NCBI RefSeq assembly: GCF_964355755.1 | Contig: NC_092678.1 | Span: 9,918,352 to 9,982,351, forward strand | Source: Antedon mediterranea | Lineage: Eukaryota > Animalia > Echinodermata | DNA length: 64,000 nucleotides | Direction of reading: 5' to 3' | Shown here: positions 27,701 to 35,150 of the stretch, in pieces | Position numbering within the stretch: position 1 is the stretch's first letter | Layout of the letters: every line of letters starts with the position of its first letter | Position numbers and translations under genes: made by a program | Notes under the pieces: model-generated | The model's input: the letters and a program-made list of their open reading frames with translations, nothing else | Databases searched by the model: none | Told to the model about the DNA's origin: nothing

Positions 27701-30700
27701 TGAAGCTATTCTGTACACTTTGATGTTTTGTGTGAAAAAAGTTTTGTCGAAATGCTCAAAATGGTCTAAAACGTTTTTAAAACGATATTAAGCTATTTTG
27801 TGCTCTTTGATGTTTTTGTGTAACCAAGTTTTATCGAAATGAACAAAATGGTCTAAAACGTCTCCAAATGCGATTTGAAGCTTTTCCAAGCACTTTGCTG
27901 TTTTTATATTAAGTTTTTTCGAAAATCACAAAATGGTCTAAAACGTCTCTAAATGCGATTTGAAGGTATTCTGAGCAATTTGGTGTTTTTGTGTGAAAAG
28001 TTTTAACGAAATGCTCAAAATTGTCTAAAACGGTTTCTAATGTGATTTTAAGCACTTTGATGTTTTTGTAAAACCAAGTTTCATCGAAATGCACAAAATG
28101 GTCTAAAACGTCTCCAAATGCGATTTGAAGCTATTCTGTACACTTTGATGTTTTGTGTGAAAAAAGTTTTGTCGAAATGCTCAAAATGGTCTAAAACGTT
28201 TTTAAAACGATATTAAGCTATTTTGTGCTCTTTGATGTTTTTGTGTAACCAAGTTTTATCGAAATGAACAAAATGGTCTAAAACGTCTCCAAATGCGATT
28301 TGAAGCTTTTCCAAGCACTTTGCTGTTTTTATGTTAACAGGTTTTTTCGAAAATCACAAAATGGTCTAAAACGTCTCAAAATGCGATTTGAAGGTATTCT
28401 GAGCACTTTGGTGTTTTTGTGTGAAAAGTTTTAACGAAATGCTCAAAATTGTCTAAAACGGTTTCTAATGTGATTTTAAGCACTTTGATGTTTTTGTAAA
28501 ACCAAGTTTCATCGAAATGCACAAAATGGTCTAAAATGTCTCCAAATGCGATTTGAAGCTTTTCCAAGCACTTTGCTGTTTTTATGTTAACAAGCTTTTT
28601 CGAAAATCACAAAATGGTCTAAAACGTCTCCAAATGTGATTTGAAGATATTCTGAGCACTTTGGTGTTTTTATGTTAAAAAGTTTTTTCGAAAATCACAA
28701 AATGGTCTAAAACGTCTCCAAATGCGATTTGAAGATATTCTGAGCACTTTGGTCTTTTTATGTTAAAAAGTTTTTTCGAAAATCACAAAATGGTCTAAAA
28801 CGTCTCCAAATGCGATTTGAAGCTATTCTGTACACTTTGATGTTTTGTGTGAAAAAGTTTTGTCGAAATGCTCAAAATGGTTTAAAACGTTTTTAAAACG
28901 ATATTAAGCTATTTTGTGCTCTTTGATGTTTTTGTATAACCAAGTTTCATCGAAATGCACAAAATGGTCTAAAACGTCTCCAAATACGATTTGAAGCTTT
29001 TCTAAGCACTTTATGCGATTTGAAGATATTCTGAGCACTTTGGTGTTTTTATGTTAAAAAGTTTTTTCGAAAATCACAAAATGGTCTAAAACGTCTCCAA
29101 ATGCGATTTGAAGATATTCTGAGCACTTTGGTGTTTTTATGTTAAAAAGTTTTTTCGAAAATCACAAAATGGTCTAAAACGTCTCCAAATGCGATTTGAA
29201 GCTATTCTGTACACTTTGATGTTTTGTGTGAAAAAGTTTTGTCGAAATGCTCAAAATGGTCTAAAACGTTTTTAAAACGATATAAAGCTATTTTGTGCTC
29301 TTTGAGGTTTTTGTGTAACCAAGTTTTTTCGAAAATCACAAAATGGTCTAAAACGTCTCCAAATGCGATTTGAAGCTTTTCTAAGCACTTTGGTGTTTTT
29401 ATGTTAACAAGTTTTTTCGAAAATCACAAAATGGTCTAAAACGTTTTAAAATGCGATTTGAAGGTATTCTGAGCACTTTGGTGTTTTTGTGTGAAAAGTT
29501 TTAACGAAATGCTCAAAATGGTCTAAAACGGTTTCTAATGTGATTTTAACCACTTTGATGTTTTTGTGTAACCAAGTTTTTTCGAAAATCACAAAATGGT
29601 CTAAAACGTCTCCAAATGCGATTTGAAGCTTTTCTAAGCACTTTGGTGTTTTTATGTTAACAAGTTTTTTCGAAAATCACAAAATGGTCTAAAACGTCTC
29701 CAAATGCGATTTGAAGCTATTCTGTACACTTTGATGTTTTGTGTGAAAAAAGTTTTGTCGAAATGCTTAAAATGGTCTAAAACGTTTTTAAAACGATATT
29801 AAGCTATTTTGTGCTCTTTGATGTTTTTGTGTAACCAAGTTTTATCGAAATGAACAAAATGGTCTAAAACGTCTCCAAATGCGATTTGAAGCTTTTCCAA
29901 GCACTTTGCTGTTTTTATGTTAACAGGTTTTTTCGAAAATCACAAAATGGTCTAAAACGTCTCAAAATGCGATTTGAAGGTATTCTGAGCACTTTGGTGT
30001 TTTTGTGTGAAAAGTTTTAACGAAATGCTCAAAATTGTCTAAAACGGTTTCTAATGTGATTTTAAGCACTTTGATGTTTTTGTAAAACCAAGTTTCATCG
30101 AAATGCACAAAATGGTCTAAAACGTCTCCAAATGCGATTTAAAGCTATTCTAGACACTTTGATGTTTTGTGTGAAAAAGTTTTCTCGAAATGCTCAAAAT
30201 GGTCTAAAACGTTTTCCAATTCCATATTAAGCTATTTTGTGCAATTTGATGTTTTTGTGTATCCAAGTTTCATCGAAATGAACAAAATGGTCTAAAACGT
30301 TTTTAAATACGATATTAAGCTGTTTTGTGCACTTTGATGATTTGTGTGAAAAGTTTTAACGAAATGCTCAAAATAGTCTAAAACGGTTTCTAATGTGATT
30401 TTAAGCACTTTGATGTTTTTGTGTAACCAAGTTTTTTCGGAAATCACAAAATGGTCTAAAACGTCTCCAAATGCGATTTGAAGCTTTTCTAAGCACTTTG
30501 GTGTTTTTATGTTAACAAGTTTTTTCGAAAATCACAAAATGGTCTAAAACGTCTCAAAATGCGATTTGAAGGTAATCTGAGCACTTTGGTGTTTTTGTGT
30601 GAAAAGTTTTAACGAAATGCTCAAAATGGTCTAAAACGGTTTCTAATGTGATTTTAACCACTTTGATGTTTTTGTGTAACCAAGTTCTTTTCGAAAATCA

Positions 30701-32009
30701 CAAAATGGTCTAAAACGTCTCCAAATGCGATTTGAAGCTCTTCTGTACACTTTGATGTTTTGTGTGAAAAAGTTTTGTCGAAATGCTCAAAATGGTCTAA
30801 AACGTTTTTAAATACGAAATTAAGCTGTTTTGTGCACTTTGATGATTTGTGTGAAAAGTTTTAACGAAATGCTCAAAATAGTCTATAACGGTTTCTAATG
30901 TGATTTTAAGCACTTTGATGTTTTTGTGTAACCAAGTTTTTTCGGAAATCACAAAATGGTCTAAAACGTCTCCAAATGCGATTTGAAGCTTTTCTAAGCA
31001 CTTTGGTGTTTTTATGTTAACAAGTTTTTTCGAAAATCACAAAATTGTCTAAAACGTCTCAAAATGCGATTTGAAGGTATTCTGAGCACTTTGGTGTTTT
31101 TGTGTGAAAAAAGTTTTGTCGAAATGCTCAAAATGGTCTAAAACGTTTTTAAAACGATATTAAGCTATTTTGTGCTCTTTGATGTTTTTGTGTAACCAAG
31201 TTTTATCGAAATGAACAAAATGGTCTAAAACGTCTCCAAATGCGATTTGAAGCTTTTCCAAGCACTTTGCTGTTTTTATATTAAGTTTTTTCGAAAATCA
31301 CAAAATGGTCTAAAACGTCTCTAAATGCGATTTGAAGGTATTCTGAGCAATTTGGTGTTTTTGTGTGAAAAGTTTTAACGAAATGCTCAAAATTGTCTAA
31401 AACGGTTTCTAATGTGATTTTAAGCACTTTGATGTTTTTGTAAAACCAAGTTTCATCGAAATGCACAAAATGGTCTAAAACGTCTCCAAATGCGATTTGA
31501 AGCTATTCTGTACACTTTGATGTTTTGTGTGAAAAAAGTTTTGTCGAAATGCTCAAAATGGTCTAAAACGTTTTTAAAACGATATTAAGCTATTTTGTGC
31601 TCTTTGATGTTTTTGTGTAACCAAGTTTTATCGAAATGAACAAAATGGTCTAAAACGTCTCCAAATGCGATTTGAAGCTTTTCCAAGCACTTTGCTGTTT
31701 TTATATTAAGTTTTTTCGAAAATCACAAAATGGTCTAAAACGTCTCTAAATGCGATTTGAAGGTATTCTGAGCAATTTGGTGTTTTTGTGTGAAAAGTTT
31801 TAACGAAATGCTCAAAATTGTCTAAAACGGTTTCTAATGTGATTTTAAGCACTTTGATGTTTTTGTAAAACCAAGTTTCATCGAAATGCACAAAATGGTC
31901 TAAAACGTCTCCAAATGCGATTTGAAGCTATTCTGTACACTTTGATGTTTTGTGTGAAAAAAGTTTTGTCGAAATGCTCAAAATGGTCTAAAACGTTTTT
32001 AAAACGATA

Positions 32010-32013
32010 TTAA
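32010..32013. other. TTAA target-site duplication (left)
   Basis: GATA-TTAA-AGATCATGG. Sister repeat copies carry a single TTAA at 28213-28216 and 53751-53754. Confidence 0.95.
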
Positions 32014-32039
32014 AGATCATGGAACATGGTATTTGATGT
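32014..32039 (+). repeat. Left terminal inverted repeat, 26 bp
   Basis: AGATCATGGAACATGGTATTTGATGT is the exact reverse complement of 35121-35146. Confidence 0.97.
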
Positions 32040-32204
32040 ATAACGTTTTTTGGCTGATTTGGGTCTGAATATGTTGATTTTATTAGTACGTTTTGATAAA
32101 ATAAATTCTATAAGCGTAAATTATGAATTTTTTATGATTTACATACATCGGAGTTTATATCTCCGAAGTCGAATTTGGAAGCAGGAAATCCAAGGCGATA
32201 AATC

Positions 32205-32222
32205 GTGACGTCATAAGATGAA
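32205..32222 (+). promoter_or_regulatory. Left subterminal inverted motif containing a CRE palindrome (TGACGTCA); candidate promoter element or transposase-binding site
   Basis: GTGACGTCATAAGATGAA is the exact reverse complement of 34938-34955. It starts 191 bp from the left end and ends ~65 bp upstream of ATG 32288. Function is inferred. Confidence 0.6.
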
Positions 32223-32287
32223 CACACTGCACTGCCCTGGTCGCGACGCATCTCTCTATTGTATACAAACTGTACTGTATCGGCAAG

Positions 32288-32591
32288 ATGTAAACACGTA
32301 TTGTGTACGATCTCGACAGTTCGGAGTCTGATTTTGAAGAGGAAACTATCCATTATGAATTCGAAATTGATGAAGATGAAGGAGACGACGTTATGGATAC
32401 GCAAGAAAGTGTTATTGAATGCAATTAATTCAACCGTAGGCCTATATGAGAGCCCGATCTCACCGATTCTGAAGGCGAGGCGGACCAACGCGAAGGCGGC
32501 GAAGAACGTCGTGGGGAAATTGACCAGACCAACAATACATGGTCCTAGGCCTAGGTTTACATTTTCAATTACGGACCCAAACTTTGGAATG
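32288..32591 (+). pseudogene. Degraded acidic first exon, inverted paralogue of KolX exon 1
   Basis: ATG TAA ACA CGT ATT... gives M*TRIVYDLDSSESDFEEETIHYEFEIDEDEGD, then across frameshifts LIQP-YM-EPDLTDSEGE...FQLRTQTLEW, ending in donor TG|GTTAGT at 32592. It aligns by eye to the minus-strand exon 34908-34612 at DNA and protein level. Confidence 0.8.
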
Positions 32592-33048
32592 GTTAGTTTA
32601 CAGTCAGTTATACGAATGCATTATTATCGTGTTTTTAAACGCAATAAAAAAATTAGTAAAACTGAAGTTGTTGTGTCGATTAACTAAATAAAAGGTAGGC
32701 CTAGTAGGTAGTACTTCTTTCTAGTATAGTAGAGTAGTAGCCCTAGGTGATTAATTCGGTTTTAAAATCAGCAACACAAAGGGCCTAGGCTAGTAGTACT
32801 GTGTTGAAAGCCCCAGCATAATAGTTCAGGTGGGGAGTTGTTCTGCCCTCATAAAAATAAAGCTTGTGCACAAGCTGACTGCAATAATTTGTAAGTTGCA
32901 TGACAGATTGCACTATATTCTCTATTGATTTGAACAAAAATTGAACCATTTGAAATTTGCTTTAGAAAAGTCAAATTATAAATTATATAATCTTATTGCA
33001 CTTTTACAAATGATTTTGTTCTTACAGTACCGTATTATTATTTCGCAG

Positions 33049-33215
33049 GGTATGTGGATGACCTCATCTTGGAGGTAATGAGCATTGTTGAAGGGACAGC
33101 AGAAGATGTTGATGTTGTTGATGCGCCACCCCAACTCTGTTCAGGATTTGAACGCCCCGACAAAGAGACTGCTATTGCCAACCACTTCACAAGATTTCCA
33201 AATGTGAACAACTAA
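33049..33215 (+). pseudogene. Terminal exon of Kolobok transposase (catalytic DDE exons missing)
   Basis: After acceptor TTATTATTTCGCAG| the frame reads (G)YVDDLILEVMSIVEGTAEDVDVVDAPPQLCSGFERPDKETAIANHFTRFPNVNN*. The pattern YV..L...V...P..L...F/Y.RP.K..A...H.[ST]RF matches my recollection of Kolobok transposase C-termini. AATAAA follows at 33234. It is below the ORF-track length cut-off. Confidence 0.75.
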
Positions 33216-33601
33216 GGCAAAAATTATGCAGTAAATAAATCAGCAGCCAAAAGGTCCACTGATCAACTTCAAATAAGAAGTATAATACATACTCCAAGAA
33301 ATGAGACATTCCATCATGCTTTTTATTATAAATCATTATTTCGTTTTTTTAGTGAAAGATTAAAAGCCATTTGTTTATGTGGATACAGCGCCACAATCCA
33401 GAGCCAACAGTTTTATAAACAAAATAATCACTTGTGTGCATAATTTTTTAATAAATTGTGTCAGAGAAATGTATATTTTATTTCTATTTGATCATTTTAT
33501 TTCTATCAGATACAGTGTACAATACTTTCCTTTATGAAGTACAGTAAATAATTGTATGTGGTTAATTGTAATCTCAATACAAGTTGGTGCTAAATGTTTA
33601 C
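33216..33601. terminator. Convergent 3' UTR region with polyadenylation signals on both strands
   Basis: Lies between the stops at 33215 (+) and 33602 (-). AATAAA occurs at 33234 and 33450 (+); TTTATT occurs at 33322 and 33477 (AATAAA on -). Confidence 0.45.
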
Positions 33602-34022
33602 TCAATCCAAAAATCCAGCAAACTGGAAATCATCTTCCATACCTGGTGTTGGGAAGTGGGCTCTTATGCAGGAAACGGCACATGATGGTAAGACTACCCT
33701 TAGGTTTCGGCCCAAAAACCCCCAACACCATCTGGCAAGTTGCCGGTACGCAATATGTCTCAGAAGTTTATGTTTTGAGGCTTCAACAGGTGTGTCATAC
33801 TGTTGGCGGTAATGCAGCCATGCAATTTCCAACACATGCAAATTCAAACAGGCAGCAGTGAATCCAGGATGTTCAGTGATGCATATGTTACAGTAGGCTT
33901 CTCCGTATTGTAAATTGTCTGACCTTCCTCCAGCCTATGATTAATAAATAATAGGGCCTACTTCCTGGCAACATCGACATTCGCGATACGTGGGTAGCAT
34001 CTGGCAATGGCCACAATCACAC
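33602..34022 (-). CDS. KolX / P2X7 intracellular-domain-like coding exon 2 (core domain)
   Basis: Includes ORF-track entry 33602..33847. It extends upstream in frame through CITEHPGF, and the Cys cluster CDCGHC..ECRCC at 33961-34021 is in the same frame. In-frame stops (TAA, TAG) lie at ~33935-33943. Confidence 0.8.
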
Positions 34023-34063
34023 CTGTATTATAAAAACAAAAATATTTTGTAATAATTATTAAT

Positions 34064-34095
34064 AATATTGTAGCGCTCTAGAGCGCTACAATATT
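34064..34095. repeat. Perfect 32-bp palindrome inside the KolX intron
   Basis: AATATTGTAGCGCTCT|AGAGCGCTACAATATT. Confidence 0.9.
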
Positions 34096-34937
34096 CTGAG
34101 ATGTCACAATTTATAGGGCGCTATATTAAATATATTTAAAGTTTTAGTGATTATTAATGATTAATTTAATGTATTGTGTGTGAAATAGGAAAATAAATCT
34201 GCATCTTGGCTAGCCTTTTTAGGGGTGGGCCTATCTATCTAGGCCTACCCTAGGCCTATTTCAAACAACAAAGTGCAAATTGGTTAAATAAAATGGTCAG
34301 TCTAATAATACCGTAATGTACATTTTTGCTTTCTACGATTCAATTTAGCCTAATCTTTATTTCGTTAAAAAAGTTCAATCTAGGCCGTAGGCTTATAGAC
34401 GATAGCCGACCGTCGCCGGTGAGAGGGCTAGCCGCATGAATTGGAGTAAAGTACAGTAGGGCCTAGCCTCTATCTAGCCTAGCTAGGCCTAACTAAGCCA
34501 CAATACACACACTGGCATGACGGAAGAATATCGTAGTTATCTACTAGGGAATTGTTAATTATACAATAAAGTTATACATTAATTTTTAATAAAAGAGATA
34601 GTACTACTAACCAATTTAATAACTGGGTTTGAAGTTGAATATTCTCTGCTTGAATTGTAGGTAGGCCTAGGCCTACTAAGTGACGGTCACCGTCGCCATC
34701 TTCTGATGATGAAGAATCGTCAGAACTACAATCGGGCTCGTACATGTACGGCCGAATTAATTTCATCGACATTCCATTCAATATTTCGATTGTTAAACAA
34801 AATAGTTTCTCCTTCATTCTCCTCAGTTTCGCATTCCACTATCAATGTTTCCTCTTCTAATTCCTCTGACGAAGAACTGTCAAAATCATACGCAATACGT
34901 GTTGACATCCTAGTTTGTACAGTGGCGAAAAAGTTTC

Positions 34938-34955
34938 TTCATCTTATGACGTCAC
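34938..34955 (-). promoter_or_regulatory. Right subterminal inverted motif containing a CRE palindrome; upstream of the KolX ATG
   Basis: TTCATCTTATGACGTCAC ends 191 bp from the right end and lies ~30 bp upstream of ATG 34908 on the minus strand. An ETS-like CCGGAA is nearby at ~34968. Confidence 0.6.
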
Positions 34956-35120
34956 TATCAGAGGTTACCGGAAAATGCCGAAAAAACCCGAATAGTCGTG
35001 AACTGAGAGCAGTTGCGCGAAATAGCAGAAAACACTTTAATTATGTCTTGAAAACTTTTAATTTATTGTCTGTTTAATATCCATCAAGGAGAACAACTAT
35101 AATACTACTATTTTACATAA

Positions 35121-35146
35121 ACATCAAATACCATGTTCCATGATCT
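35121..35146 (-). repeat. Right terminal inverted repeat, 26 bp
   Basis: ACATCAAATACCATGTTCCATGATCT. Confidence 0.97.
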
Positions 35147-35150
35147 TTAA
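35147..35150. other. TTAA target-site duplication (right)
   Basis: CCATGATCT-TTAA-GCTATTTT. Confidence 0.95.

Larger units (their letters stand above)
1..32009. repeat. Satellite DNA array (left part), ~87-88-bp AT-rich monomer with ~78-bp variant, organised in higher-order repeats
   Basis: The anchor AAAATGGTCTAAAACG recurs at 31, 119, 207, 294, 381 and 468 (spacing 87-88 bp). The short variant spans 808-886 (78 bp). Typical monomer: AAAATCACAAAATGGTCTAAAACGTCTCCAAATGCGATTTGAAGATATTCTGAGCACTTTGGTGTTTTTATGTTAAAAAGTTTTTTCG. All copies are in one orientation. Confidence 0.98.
33602..34908 (-). pseudogene. KolX gene (P2X7 receptor cytoplasmic 'ballast'-domain-like, Cys-rich Zn-binding protein), two exons, frame-disrupted
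   Basis: Exon 1 (34908-34612) reads MSTRIAYDFDSSSSEELEEE..., shifts frame near 34760, then LIRPYMYEPDCSSDD...QLQTQLLNW. Donor is TG|GTTAGT; the intron is 34611-34023 with acceptor TTTTTATAATACAG. Exon 2 (34022-33602) reads (W)CDCGHCQMLPTYRECRCCQE...CITEHPGFTAACLNLHVLEIAWLHYRQQY...LRHIAYRQLARWCWGFLGRNLRVVLPSCAVSCIRAHFP...FAGFLD*. The motifs WCxCGxC, ECxCC, CITxHPGF, RHxAYR and LPSC..IR..FP are those of KolX and the P2X7 C-terminal domain. Confidence 0.88.
32014..35146 (+). mobile_element. Kolobok-superfamily DNA transposon, internally deleted non-autonomous copy (3,133 bp)
   Basis: Seen in sequence: TTAA at 32010-32013 and 35147-35150; perfect 26-bp TIRs beginning AG and ending CT; convergent transposase C-terminal exon (+) and KolX/P2X7-like gene (-). 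Established: TTAA TSD, RR...YY termini and convergent transposase + KolX genes define Kolobok. Repeat offsets change by 3,137 = 3,133 + 4 across the insertion (31706->53447 = 21,741; 35310->53914 = 18,604). Confidence 0.93.

Noticed and set aside
32542-32550. Splice donor at ACATG|GTCC after the first W codon of the left exon
   Set aside because: It is a weak donor. The downstream TG|GTTAGT at 32592 matches the paralogous right-arm donor and the preceding QLxTQxLxW peptide.
32132-32687. ORFs 32259..32687 (+, 142 aa) and 32132..32488 (-, 118 aa)
   Set aside because: These are alternate-frame and antisense shadows of the degraded acidic exon; the homologous reading is the frame starting at 32288.
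33556-33861. Plus-strand ORFs 33556..33861 and 33594..33812
   Set aside because: They are antisense to the motif-rich KolX exon and show no recognisable features.
33602-34022. Host P2RX7 receptor gene
   Set aside because: There is no transmembrane or ATP-binding ectodomain sequence, and the domain lies within TIRs and a TSD, so it is transposon KolX.
34706-35077. Plus-strand 123-aa ORF
   Set aside because: It is antisense to KolX exon 1 and its upstream region; the Ser-rich composition mirrors the acidic codons on the other strand.
32014-35146. piggyBac assignment based on the TTAA TSD
   Set aside because: piggyBac ends are CC...GG. Here they are AG...CT, and the cargo is KolX plus a Kolobok-type C-terminal exon.
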